Origin: Candidatus Latescibacterota bacterium
GTDB taxonomy: Bacteria; Latescibacterota; UBA2968; UBA8231
Reading direction: 5' to 3'
NCBI GenBank assembly: GCA_965215195.1
Contig: CBDCDC010000002.1
Span: 960,001-1,024,000 of the forward strand
Length of the DNA stretch: 64,000 bases
Numbering within the stretch: the stretch's first letter is position 1; the number at the start of each line of letters is the position of its first letter. Below are positions 47,066-56,872 of the stretch, in pieces. The notes beneath the pieces were generated by a model. That model saw nothing but the letters and a program-made list of their open reading frames with translations. It did not search any database and was not told the DNA's origin. Both the position numbers and the translations under genes were made by a program.

Positions 47066-47074
47066 AGCGTCGTC

Positions 47075-48271
47075 CTATGCGTTTGCGGATTGAAGCGGCC
47101 GGTCGGCAATCGGCAGGTGGAGCAGCGCAGCCACCACGCCGAGAGCAATCGCCAACCACCAGACGGGATCGTACGACCCCGTCGCGTCGTAGAGCCAACC
47201 AGCCAGCCAGACCCCCAAGAAACTGCCGGCCTGATGACTAAAAAAGACAATCCCGTACAGGGTCGATAAGTAGCGCGCCCCGAATATCTGCGCCACGGTC
47301 CCACTGGTCAACGGCACAGTGGCCAGCCACAAGAAGCCAATCAGGCCGCCAAAGAGCAAGGCGGAAACGCTGGTCAGGGGGACGAAGAGAAACAAGCCGA
47401 TAACTATGGCGCGGCTGAAGTAGAGGGCACTCAACAGGTATTTCTTGCGGTAGCGGTCGCCGAGCCAGCCAAACAACGACGAGCCGAAGATGTTGCACAG
47501 GCCAATCAGCGACAAGGCCGTGGCCCCAATCATGCGCGATAGGCCATTGTCGGTGAGGAACGAGGGCAGGTGCGTGGCGATAAAGGCGACGTGGAAGCCG
47601 CAGACGAAAAACCCCGCGTTGAGCAGCCAATAGCCCGAATGGCCCCGCGCCCTGACCAGCGCCTGCAGCAGCGTACCCTCACTGTGCGACCGGGCCGCAT
47701 GTGTACTGGGTCGGCGCGGAAAGCCAAAGGCCAACAGCATCACCCAGCCGATTAGGGCCGCGCTGACCACAAAGGACGCCTGCCAACCTGCGTGGACAAT
47801 CACCCACTGCACCCCGGGCACCAAGGCGAAGGTCCCAAACGACCCGGCCGCAGTGACGATGCCAAACGCCGTGCTGCGGTTTGCCGGATGGACGACTCGG
47901 GCGACAGCTCCCAACACGACCACATACGTCGTGCTGCCGAGCCCCAGCCCGATGATGAGGCCCAGCGTCAGATACAAGCCGAGCGGGCCGCTGCTAGCCG
48001 GCACCAACAGACACCCGGCCGCGTAGAGCAGCGCACCCCCCAACACGACCCACCGCACGCCATAGCGGTCGGCGATCATCCCGAACAGGGGCAGGCCGAA
48101 GACAGCGTTTTGCAGCGCTATGGCTAGACTGAACACTTCGCGCCCCAAATCCAAACTGTCGCTAATCGGCTGTAAAAAGAGGCCAAACGACTGGCGGATC
48201 CCCATGCTGGCGAGGACCGTCAACGCACTGAAAAGCACGATGATCGTCGTCTGGCGGTGGGGAGAGGGCAT
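47075..48271 (-). CDS. MFS transporter
   Basis: MGIRQSFGLF, GMIADRYG, FFVCGFH, FSHQAGSFLG. Confidence 0.92.
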   Translation of the reverse strand: MPSPHRQTTIIVLFSALTVLASMGIRQSFGLFLQPISDSLDLGREVFSLAIALQNAVFGLPLFGMIADRYGVRWVVLGGALLYAAGCLLVPASSGPLGLYLTLGLIIGLGLGSTTYVVVLGAVARVVHPANRSTAFGIVTAAGSFGTFALVPGVQWVIVHAGWQASFVVSAALIGWVMLLAFGFPRRPSTHAARSHSEGTLLQALVRARGHSGYWLLNAGFFVCGFHVAFIATHLPSFLTDNGLSRMIGATALSLIGLCNIFGSSLFGWLGDRYRKKYLLSALYFSRAIVIGLFLFVPLTSVSALLFGGLIGFLWLATVPLTSGTVAQIFGARYLSTLYGIVFFSHQAGSFLGVWLAGWLYDATGSYDPVWWLAIALGVVAALLHLPIADRPLQSANA

Positions 48272-48393
48272 GGGGGAATGCGGGCTGGGTGAATTGATGA
48301 GGATTAGGTAGTATATCTACCCACAGAAAGAGGATCTTGTTTAATTAGGACGACATAGCTTATTCGCGCAAAACCTCAAAGGAGCAAACCGCA

Positions 48394-49413
48394 ATGACTG
48401 CACAACGACCCGTCGTCTTGGTCTCGCTCACCGGCGACCAAGCCATCAAATTCTACGACCTCAACCCCCAATCGGGCGCATTGGACCTGCGCGCCACCAG
48501 TCCAGCGCACGGCCCGTCGGGCGCGCTCTTTTTGCATCCGTCGCGCCCGGTGCTCTACGACGCCCACGTTGAGTCCACAACCCTCGCCAGCTTCCGCCTC
48601 AACGCCGCATCGGGCGCGTTGACTCTGATCAACAAAATAGACACCGGCCTCGACACCCCCGCTCACCTCATTACCGACCGCAGTGGCCGCTTTCTCCTCA
48701 CCGCTTATTACACCGGCGGCGGCGTCACCGTACACCGCTTGGACGACGACGGGGCCATCGGCGACCTCGTCCAGCGCCTCGACACCGGCCCCAAGGCCCA
48801 CGCCATCCTGCTGACCGAGGACGAGCGCTTTGTCTTTGTGCCCCACGTCTGTCCCAACAACAAGACCAGCCAGTTCCGCTTCGACGCCAGCACCGGCCAG
48901 CTCTCGCCCAACGACCCGCCCGTGCTGGCCCCGCCCGCGGGCGATCCCGGCCCCCGTCACATCTGCTTCCGTCCGCTCGGCGATGTCGCGTACATCGTCA
49001 ACGAACAGGGCAACACCGTAACTGCCCACCGCTTCGACCCCGAGCGCGGCACCCTCTCCATTTTCCAAGACATTTCGACCCTGCCCGCAGACTACGCCGA
49101 AGGCGGGAACACCGCCCACGTCGAAGTCCATCCCAACGGCCAGTGGTGCTACGCATCCAATCGCGGCCACGACAGCATCGTCGGCTACCACATCAGCGCC
49201 GAGGGCGCACTCCGCCCGTTTGGGCACTACCCAGTGCCGGCCAGCCCGCGCTCGTTCAACATCGACCCGAGCGGCACGTACCTGTACTGCGCCGGGGAAG
49301 CCGCCGACCGCATGACCTGTTATCGGATTGATGCAGCCAGCGGCGCACTACAGGCCATCGCGGAGTACGACGTGGGCAAGCAGCCGTTTTGGGTCATGGT
49401 ACAGACGGTATGA
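48394..49413 (+). CDS. Lactonase family protein (6-phosphogluconolactonase-like beta-propeller)
   Basis: AYYTGG, GPRHICF, YASNRGHDSI, PRSFNIDPSG. Confidence 0.9.
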   Translation: MTAQRPVVLVSLTGDQAIKFYDLNPQSGALDLRATSPAHGPSGALFLHPSRPVLYDAHVESTTLASFRLNAASGALTLINKIDTGLDTPAHLITDRSGRFLLTAYYTGGGVTVHRLDDDGAIGDLVQRLDTGPKAHAILLTEDERFVFVPHVCPNNKTSQFRFDASTGQLSPNDPPVLAPPAGDPGPRHICFRPLGDVAYIVNEQGNTVTAHRFDPERGTLSIFQDISTLPADYAEGGNTAHVEVHPNGQWCYASNRGHDSIVGYHISAEGALRPFGHYPVPASPRSFNIDPSGTYLYCAGEAADRMTCYRIDAASGALQAIAEYDVGKQPFWVMVQTV

Positions 49414-49455
49414 CAGGAGGGAGGGGGGAGACGGGGCGCGGTTGCACCCTCGCTC

Positions 49456-50712
49456 CTATCCCAATCCCAACGCCTCGTCAATGTCTTGCTGATAGGCCCG
49501 CACGGCCCCGCTCGTAATCTCTTCCATGGCCAGCGAACGCCCGGCGTGCGCCGACTCATAGGCCCCCACAATCGCCGCCACAGCCTGCATCCCGCCGCAA
49601 CCATCCACTTCGGGTTGGCCGCCGGTGAGAATGGCTTGGGCAAAGTCGTGGTACTCAATGGCCAAGTGCCGGGAATCGATTTCGTAGAAAGATGTTGCGG
49701 AAGGATCGTATTCTACGCCGTCGGCACCAAAGAGGCGCTCGGTGATCTCGTCGAGGTGAAAGTCCGGCAAGAGCGAGAGGATTTCGCGGCCTTTTAGCTC
49801 CTTGCCTTGCAAGCGCAGCACCGCGGGCCGGCCATTGCGGTCGCCTGGGGCATAGAGTGCGCCCCAGCGGCCGTGGACGCTGCGCTCCCATCCCCGCCCA
49901 CCGCGGCCGGCCACCAGCACGAGCTGGGCCAGCGCACCAGACCGCATCCTGTACAGCGCGACCACTGAATCCTCGCCCGTGGCCTCTACGGCATCGGGAT
50001 AGGTCTTGGCCCGCTCGCGGTAGGATTCGAGGGGGTGATCGTCGTAGCCTTCTGGCCTGCGCCGCACCGGCTCAACGATGAAGCCACCGCCGAAGACGTG
50101 CGCGTAGTCCCCCATGTAGTATTGGATGATGTCGCCGTAGTGGACGCCCATGTCCAAGCCAATGGCCCCCTTTTCCTTGAGATGACGCCAAGGCGTAATG
50201 GTTATGCGGTCGCTGCCACCGGCCGATGCCTGTATCATCAAAAAGGGATCCCCGAGCAGGCCGGACTCAACGACGGCCCGCGCCAAGCGGTTGGGCGGGT
50301 CGCGGCGGTAGTTTTCGGCTGTGGCCAACACGGCATTGCCGGTGTGGGCCGCGTCGATCATGGCTTGGCAGGCGCGCATGGTAATGCCGAGGGGCTTTTC
50401 CACTAGCGCGTGCTTGCCGGCCAAGAGGGCCGGCACGGCCACTTGGTGGTGCGTTGAGCCGTCGGTGACCACATCGACGGCGAGGATGTCATCGCGCTTG
50501 AGCATCAAGTCCATGTCCGTAAAGATCAGGGGCTCGCGGCCGAACAGCCGCTGCACTTCGCGGGCGGCAAACTCGGCGTTTTCCCGGCGCACGTCGCAGA
50601 CAGCCATCAATTCGACATTGCCAATGCCGCTCTCTTCCAACACCTTGTAGGCCAAGATGTGGCGATGGCCCATGCCGCCGCAGCCGACGACGCAAAGCGG
50701 TACTTTTTCCAT
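49456..50712 (-). CDS. Gfo/Idh/MocA family oxidoreductase
   Basis: VVGCGGMG, LVEKPLG, AENYRRDP, DMGVH. Confidence 0.9.
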   Translation of the reverse strand: MEKVPLCVVGCGGMGHRHILAYKVLEESGIGNVELMAVCDVRRENAEFAAREVQRLFGREPLIFTDMDLMLKRDDILAVDVVTDGSTHHQVAVPALLAGKHALVEKPLGITMRACQAMIDAAHTGNAVLATAENYRRDPPNRLARAVVESGLLGDPFLMIQASAGGSDRITITPWRHLKEKGAIGLDMGVHYGDIIQYYMGDYAHVFGGGFIVEPVRRRPEGYDDHPLESYRERAKTYPDAVEATGEDSVVALYRMRSGALAQLVLVAGRGGRGWERSVHGRWGALYAPGDRNGRPAVLRLQGKELKGREILSLLPDFHLDEITERLFGADGVEYDPSATSFYEIDSRHLAIEYHDFAQAILTGGQPEVDGCGGMQAVAAIVGAYESAHAGRSLAMEEITSGAVRAYQQDIDEALGLG

Positions 50713-50796
50713 AATAGGGTCTCCTGTTGTGTATGCGGAAGGTCGGGCGCGGCTTGGGGCCTTGTCAAGGGAAAGGCAAAACGCGGAAGGAACACT

Positions 50797-52755
50797 TTGC
50801 TAAGACGTTCTCCACCAGCGACAAAGGGATGTACGCCCAAGGCGCTGATCGTCGGGCTGCTCGGGGCCCTTTGCATCGGCCTCGGCTCAACCTACAACGA
50901 CATGATCGTCAAAGGCTCTGGGCTGGCCGTGTGGAACCTGACCCCGGCGGCGATCTTTCTCTTTTTCGTGCTAGTCGTCCTCTTAAACCCGCTCTTGCGG
51001 CTGCTGCATCCGCGCCTGCCCTTGCAGCGCGGCGAATTGGCCGTGGCCTTCTTCCTGATCCTGCTGGCCAACACCTTGTCGAGCCGCGGCCTGCCCGCGC
51101 AACTTTTGCCGGTCATCACTGGGGCCTATTACTACGCCACGCCGGAAAACGGTTGGGCCGCGATCGTCCAGCCCTATATGCCCGATTGGCCGGTGCCCCA
51201 AAGCCGCGACGCCATCTGGGGCTTTTACGAAGGCGACTCGACCGGGGCCGTGCCGTGGGCCATCTGGGCGGCCCCTCTGTTGTACTGGGCCGCGTTCGGC
51301 TTGGCCCTCTTTCTGGCCATGGTGTGCCTGATGGTGATTGTGCGCCGGCAATGGGTGGAGCACGAGCGTTTGGCCTATCCCATGGTCCAGCTCCCGTTGG
51401 CCATGATCGCCGACGACGGGCGCGGACGAGCCATCAAACCCCTATTCCGCAGCGGGTTGCTGTGGCTGGGGTTTGCCATCCCGTTTGTCCTAGGTTCGAT
51501 CAACGCCTTGCACAACTACTTTGTGGTTGTTCCCGCCGTCAGCATCTCGCTCGGTGGCTTGTCGATATTCCGCGGCGCAGTGTCGCTGGGCTTGAATCTA
51601 AACCTGTCGATGGTGGGCTTTTCCTATTTCGTACCGCAGAACATCGCCTTGGGCTTGGTCTTTTTTTACATCGTGAATGTGGTGCAGCGCGGGTTGTTGG
51701 GGATGCTGGCTTGGGGGGGCAAGGACGAGACCATGGGCGCGTACAGTCAGTACACCGACCCGATCATCATTCACCAAGCCATGGGCGGCATGATCGTCTT
51801 GGTCGCCGGGTCTTTGTGGGTGGGTCGGCACCACCTAGGGAACGTGCTGCGCAAGGCTTTGGGCCGCGCACCCGAGGTAGAAGACGCCGATGAAATTGCC
51901 TCCTATGGGGTGGCCGTGTGGGGGGCCGTGGCCAGCTTCCTAGTGATGGGCGTCTGGCTGTGGCAATCCGGCATTCCACTGCCCTTTGTTCCCCTGCTGC
52001 TGTTCGGCGCATTTGTCGGGTTTATGACCATTGCCCGCGTCGTCGCCCAAGGTGGGGTCGCGTCAATGTTTCCGCCGACCAATGGGCCGGACTTCGTCGT
52101 CGCCAATGTCGGGGGCACTGTGTTGGGCACGAAGGGCATGGCCGGCATGGCCCTGAGCTACGCTTGGAGCGTGGATACCTTGATCTTGCTGATGAGCGCC
52201 TGCGCCAATGGCCTAAAACTCGTCACCGAAATCAGCCTACCTCATCGCCGCCGCCTCTTTGGGGCCATCGTTGCGGTGATCGTCCTGACGCTGGGCTGCG
52301 TCGTCGCCTTAACCCTCTATCTAGGCTATCAGTACGGAGCCATTAATTTGTCGCGGTTTTACTTTGATAACGTCGCGCAATACCCCTATCGGTTCATGGA
52401 GAAGAGCATCCTCAATCCATTCGCGCCGCGGCCGAGTACTTGGATGCACATAGGCACTGGCGCGGCGATCATGGGCGGGTTGATGGCAGCCCAGCACCGG
52501 TTCCTGTGGTGGCCCTTCCACTCGCTCGGATTCCCGATTAGCTGCGTCTTCGGCTCAATGTGGTTCAGCGTGTTTGTCGCTTGGCTCCTCAAGAGCACGG
52601 TGCTCAAATACGGCGGGCTGACCTTGTTGAACCGCCTCAAACCCTTCTTTTTGGGGCTGATTCTAGGCGAGGCCGTCGTGGCCGGGACGTGGGTGCTCAT
52701 CGACTATGCAACCGGCATGCAAAACAATCATCTGGGCGGGATTGTGTTCCAGTGA
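50797..52755 (+). CDS. Polytopic membrane protein, DUF6785/DUF6784 (putative peptide-transporter-like)
   Basis: YYATPENGW, RRQWVEHERLAYP, WWPFHSLGF, LKYGG..LKPFFLGLILGE; probable TTG start at 50797 after GGAAGG. Confidence 0.8.
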   Translation: MLRRSPPATKGCTPKALIVGLLGALCIGLGSTYNDMIVKGSGLAVWNLTPAAIFLFFVLVVLLNPLLRLLHPRLPLQRGELAVAFFLILLANTLSSRGLPAQLLPVITGAYYYATPENGWAAIVQPYMPDWPVPQSRDAIWGFYEGDSTGAVPWAIWAAPLLYWAAFGLALFLAMVCLMVIVRRQWVEHERLAYPMVQLPLAMIADDGRGRAIKPLFRSGLLWLGFAIPFVLGSINALHNYFVVVPAVSISLGGLSIFRGAVSLGLNLNLSMVGFSYFVPQNIALGLVFFYIVNVVQRGLLGMLAWGGKDETMGAYSQYTDPIIIHQAMGGMIVLVAGSLWVGRHHLGNVLRKALGRAPEVEDADEIASYGVAVWGAVASFLVMGVWLWQSGIPLPFVPLLLFGAFVGFMTIARVVAQGGVASMFPPTNGPDFVVANVGGTVLGTKGMAGMALSYAWSVDTLILLMSACANGLKLVTEISLPHRRRLFGAIVAVIVLTLGCVVALTLYLGYQYGAINLSRFYFDNVAQYPYRFMEKSILNPFAPRPSTWMHIGTGAAIMGGLMAAQHRFLWWPFHSLGFPISCVFGSMWFSVFVAWLLKSTVLKYGGLTLLNRLKPFFLGLILGEAVVAGTWVLIDYATGMQNNHLGGIVFQ

Positions 52756-52816
52756 GCTGCGCTTGAACGACGCCCTTAAAACGGCTATCTTTTCCATCTA
52801 AACAAAGGCCCAACCC

Positions 52817-53644
52817 ATGATGACGCCCGAGCAACGCTACTTCTTCGATTTGACCGGCTACCTTCACTTGCGCGGCGTGCTCACCCCAGAGGAGCTCGCG
52901 CCGGCGCAAGCGGCAGCCGCCCGCTACATCAACATGCCGCCGGCCGAGTGGCCGCCCGAATTCGGCGCGGACCTTGCACGCCGCGACCTCACCGGCTATC
53001 AGCACGGCTTTGCCTTTGACAAAAGCCTCGAAGTGCTCACCCGGCATCCTACTACTTGGCCCATCCTCATGGAACTCACCGACCGCCGGCCGCGCTTCAA
53101 CGGCGGCACCCTCGGCTACAACCGCCACGGCCACCGCTTCCACCGCCTGCACGCCGGGTGGCAGCCATCCAAGCGGCCCGATGTGCGGCGCTATTACGTC
53201 GAAGACGGCCAGGTCCGCTGCACCGATTTTATTTTCTTTTTTTATTTGAGCGATGTCTTGCCCGGCGATGGCGGCCTCATCGTCTTGCCCGGCTCGCACA
53301 AGGCCCACTTCGACCGGCCCGGAGGGATGTTTTACCCAGATGGCGACGCGGACTATGTCGCCGACACCGTGCCCCCGGGCGTCCACAATGTCTGCGCCCG
53401 CGCCGGCGATGTGGTCATCATGCCCGAGCACCTCATGCACGGTGCGCTCACCTGGAAGCCCCGCGACCGCGACCGCCGCTTCTTGATTCTGCGCTACAAC
53501 GTCCAGCACATGCTCACCGGCCAGCGCCGCCCCTTTCCCGAGGCCATCCGCCAGCGGCTCGACCCGGAGACGATTGACCTGCTCGAATTGGCCCCGTACT
53601 ACGAATACAAAGCCATCGTCAAGAAGCGCGAAAACATGGCCTAG
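52817..53644 (+). CDS. Phytanoyl-CoA dioxygenase family protein
   Basis: YFFDLTGYLHL, LHAG, VLPGSHK, AGDVVI...HGAL. Confidence 0.88.
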   Translation: MMTPEQRYFFDLTGYLHLRGVLTPEELAPAQAAAARYINMPPAEWPPEFGADLARRDLTGYQHGFAFDKSLEVLTRHPTTWPILMELTDRRPRFNGGTLGYNRHGHRFHRLHAGWQPSKRPDVRRYYVEDGQVRCTDFIFFFYLSDVLPGDGGLIVLPGSHKAHFDRPGGMFYPDGDADYVADTVPPGVHNVCARAGDVVIMPEHLMHGALTWKPRDRDRRFLILRYNVQHMLTGQRRPFPEAIRQRLDPETIDLLELAPYYEYKAIVKKRENMA

Positions 53645-53724
53645 CCCCGGCTGCGTCACAAGGGTTGACAATGCCCTACTTTGCTTGAACATTCGCCTAG
53701 TCAAATCAAACCGAAGGGATAGTC

Positions 53725-54267
53725 ATGTGGAATAGGCGATTCACTGTCGATGTAGGGCGCGGGTGGGCCGATTTGCTCACGCCGATCAACTACTATCGCA
53801 TCCACTGCCGCGGCTTCCGGCTAGACGTGGTCGTGCAAACCGGGGCCGAGATTTTGCCGGGGGTCGTCATCTACCCCCAGATCATGGCCGTCTGTGGTCT
53901 CACCGTACAGACCCGGCGCGACCGCGACATCTATCGCGGGCCACCAAGCCTCGTAGCAGAGATTTTCCCACACGCCGAGCCGTCCTCCGACATAGTGGAA
54001 AAGTCGCAAGAGCTGTTGGCGGAAGCCGGCGTCATCGAGTACATCGCCTCCGGCGGCAGCGCGGGAAATACGACTTGGTTCCGGTTGGCCGATGGCCGCT
54101 ATCGGGAGGTTGCGCCAAGCGCAGATGGCTTCATTCGCAGCGCGGCCCTGCCGGGCTTCTGGATGGACCTAGCGGCGCAAAAAAGGGGCTTCTACCAGCG
54201 GGTATTCCATGGGATCCACAAGGGCATTGCGGCCGACCTCGACGAGAAGTATCAGGCACTAGCATGA
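53725..54267 (+). CDS. Divergent Uma2-like protein, catalytic PD motif apparently lost
   Basis: GPPSLVAEI, AGVIEYI, WFRLADGRY, GFIRSAALPGFWMD; 'IYPQIM' where PD is expected. Confidence 0.6.
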   Translation: MWNRRFTVDVGRGWADLLTPINYYRIHCRGFRLDVVVQTGAEILPGVVIYPQIMAVCGLTVQTRRDRDIYRGPPSLVAEIFPHAEPSSDIVEKSQELLAEAGVIEYIASGGSAGNTTWFRLADGRYREVAPSADGFIRSAALPGFWMDLAAQKRGFYQRVFHGIHKGIAADLDEKYQALA

Positions 54268-55013
54268 CAGCACTCGACTTCCGCGCCCGCGTCCCGGTCT
54301 TTGACGCCAACATCGGCGTCGGCCACTGCCACGACCGGCCCGCGCCGTTTGCCGATGTGGCCGGCCTGCGGGCGGAAATGCAGCGCCACGGCGTGGAGCG
54401 CGGCCTGATCTACCACCGCCAAGGCGAAGCCATCAGTGCGATTGAGGGCAACGAGGCCCTGCGGGCTTGGCAAGGCCACGGACTCGTCCCCCAATGGGTG
54501 GCCGGGCCGAGCGCGGACTCTTTGGCGCAACTGCGCGGGCTCCACGCCACAGGCGAGGTCCGCAGCGTCCGCCTGCACAACATTGAGGCGTGCCGCGTCC
54601 CCTTTGCCGACTGGATCTACGGCGAGTTGCTCGCTTGGCTGGCGGCCGAGCGCATTCCTTTGTGGCTCTCGCTGGCCGACACTCCGGTCGCCGAAGTCGC
54701 GGAGACCTTGCGCCGCTTCCCGGATGTCCAAGTGGTGCTCCTCGGCGCTCACTACGTGCATTCCCTCGCCTTGCGCCCCCTGCTCCGGGCACTGCCCCAA
54801 GCCGCGCTGGAGCTGAGCCGCTTTGAGAATCTGGGCGGCATTGAGGCCCTGATCGGCGAATTTGGCGTGGAGCGCTTCCTCTACGGGTCCTATTATCCGC
54901 GCTACGCCATGGGGCCGATGCTCTTTTACCTGCACCACTTGGCCATTGACGACGACGCGCTCGCGGCTTTGACTGCGGGCAATCTAGAGCGCATTCTCGG
55001 AGGTGCCGCGTGA
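54264..55013 (+). CDS. Amidohydrolase-fold protein with degenerate metal site
   Basis: Start MTALDF (ATGA overlap); VFDANIG and FLYGSYYP in place of D.H.H and FGSD.P. Confidence 0.78.
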   Translation: MTALDFRARVPVFDANIGVGHCHDRPAPFADVAGLRAEMQRHGVERGLIYHRQGEAISAIEGNEALRAWQGHGLVPQWVAGPSADSLAQLRGLHATGEVRSVRLHNIEACRVPFADWIYGELLAWLAAERIPLWLSLADTPVAEVAETLRRFPDVQVVLLGAHYVHSLALRPLLRALPQAALELSRFENLGGIEALIGEFGVERFLYGSYYPRYAMGPMLFYLHHLAIDDDALAALTAGNLERILGGAA

Positions 55014-55744
55014 TCATCGACTTTCACGGCCACGTAGGTCGCTGGGACGGGCTCGACATGGTCGATGACCCGGCCGAGATGCTGCGCGCCATGGATGCAG
55101 TGGGGATCGACAAGAGCTGCGTCTTCAACATCTTCCATCCCGACGGCAAACCCGGCAACGATCAGACAGCAGCTTTTGTCGCCCGCCACCCCGATCGCTT
55201 CATTGGCTTCGCTTACGTGGCTCCCACCTGCCCCAACACCGTGCGGCCCGAGCTAGAAAGGGCCATCGACGAACTCGGGTTCCGGGCGATCAAAATCTAC
55301 TCGCCCTATACGCCCTTTCCGCTCGACGACCCGGCTTGGGATCCAATCTACGAGTTTGCCGCTGGGCGCGGCCTCGCGGTCTTGGCGCACACCGGCGGCG
55401 AGGCAACGGCCGCGCCCGCCCAGTTTGGCCGTGCGGCCGCGCGCTTCCCCAACGCCCGCTTCGTGGCCGGCCACGCCGGCAACATTGAGCCGTATCGCGG
55501 CCAAGCCATTGCCGCGGCCCAGCGCTTGCCCAACTACTTCCTCGAAACCTGTTCGACCTTCCGCACCCCGGGCGTGGTCGAAGAGCTGGTCGCCAAGGCC
55601 GGGGCCGACCGCGTTCTCTTTGGCTCGGACACGCCTTTGATGGACCCCCGCCCCCAGCTCGGCAAGATCATTACCGCGGCCATTGACAGCGACGCCAAGC
55701 GCCTCATCCTCGGCGAGAACGCCCGGGGCCTGCTCGGGCTGTAA
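55010..55744 (+). CDS. Amidohydrolase family protein (Amidohydro_2)
   Basis: IIDFHGH, LAHTG, GHAG, VLFGSDTP; GTGA overlap. Confidence 0.9.
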   Translation: MIIDFHGHVGRWDGLDMVDDPAEMLRAMDAVGIDKSCVFNIFHPDGKPGNDQTAAFVARHPDRFIGFAYVAPTCPNTVRPELERAIDELGFRAIKIYSPYTPFPLDDPAWDPIYEFAAGRGLAVLAHTGGEATAAPAQFGRAAARFPNARFVAGHAGNIEPYRGQAIAAAQRLPNYFLETCSTFRTPGVVEELVAKAGADRVLFGSDTPLMDPRPQLGKIITAAIDSDAKRLILGENARGLLGL

Positions 55745-55749
55745 GACGC

Positions 55750-55790
55750 AAAAAGCCCGCCTGCCACCAAGGCAAGCGGGCTTTGCTTTG
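55750..55790. terminator. Bidirectional intrinsic terminator between convergent genes
   Basis: AAAAAGCCCGC-CTGCCACCAAGGCAA-GCGGGCTTTGCTTTG. Confidence 0.75.
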
Positions 55791-55811
55791 CAAAGGGTGT
55801 GGAACCGGGTA

Positions 55812-56744
55812 TTACTGCTGGTACTGGTGCTTAATCCGGCCCCAGCTCTGCTCCTCAACCGCAGTCGCCTCGCCCCAATCAATGGTATTGTCCATGGGGG
55901 AGATGAGCAGGTCCTGCGAAGAGTGGCAACAGCTCGTCGGGGTCGTCGCCCACATGCCCACGCGGTTGTCGGCATCGCCGGCGCTGTCATCCACATCGCT
56001 GACGAAAATCGAAAAGCCGATCACCTCGCCCGCCGTCAAGTCGTGCTCAATCACCTGATCTTCGGTGATGTTCTCCTCGGTGGGCTTGGGATACGAATCA
56101 ATGGCAATCGTGCGGAACTCGTAGATATACGTGCTCTCGCCGTACTCCTCGCCCTCAAAGCTATAGGTGCAGTAGTACCAACGGCTGCCATTGGCCAACA
56201 GCGTCGGGTTTTCGACGTCGGCACTACTGACCGCAGCCGTTTGCAGGGCCGGACCGAAATTGCCGTTGAGCGGCGGGAACGCGAATGAGTACTTGTGGTG
56301 CGTCACCACGTCTTCGGGCTTGGGCAAGTAATCGTGCCGCGGGTTGAACTCGATCTCAATGCTGTCGTCCCACCAATAGGAACCCAAGTCTTGGCGGGTG
56401 ATCGTGTGTTTGTTGTCGAATACCTTGGTGGTCACGTACAGCTCGTTGCGCGAGTCGTTCCAGCCCAAGATGTGGCGGATCTGCATCGAAGCCGGGTCCA
56501 TGCCGCCGCGCGGCACGTCGTCGCCCGCAAAGCCATGCACCGAAAAGAGCCTCGAACTGGGAATGGCGTACACCTCGAGCGGCACGGCCGACCAATCGTC
56601 GTCAAAACCATCGATGTTCGGCACATGCGAATCCGGGAACTGCACGGCGAGGAAAAACTCGCCTGGGGGCTCGTGCGCCCCGGCGGATAGAGCAAAGGCC
56701 AATAGGGCAATGGCCGTCAGGCTACAGGTGAAAAGACGCTTCAT
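55812..56744 (-). CDS. Secreted CBM9/DOMON-like protein with C-terminal TAVEEQSWGRIK tail
   Basis: Signal peptide MKRLFTCSLTAIALLAFALSAGA after AAGGAGG; VPNIDGFDDDW; paralogous to 32712..33779. Confidence 0.82.
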   Translation of the reverse strand: MKRLFTCSLTAIALLAFALSAGAHEPPGEFFLAVQFPDSHVPNIDGFDDDWSAVPLEVYAIPSSRLFSVHGFAGDDVPRGGMDPASMQIRHILGWNDSRNELYVTTKVFDNKHTITRQDLGSYWWDDSIEIEFNPRHDYLPKPEDVVTHHKYSFAFPPLNGNFGPALQTAAVSSADVENPTLLANGSRWYYCTYSFEGEEYGESTYIYEFRTIAIDSYPKPTEENITEDQVIEHDLTAGEVIGFSIFVSDVDDSAGDADNRVGMWATTPTSCCHSSQDLLISPMDNTIDWGEATAVEEQSWGRIKHQYQQ

Positions 56745-56872
56745 GGCTACCTCCTTGGGTGAGTGGATGATGAACGATAAATTGCAAATGTAGTCTAATG
56801 ACTCGCCAAATACAACTATTGGGATTTCAGTCCCCCGAACATCCAAGAAGTTTCAAACGGACGCAGCATCAA

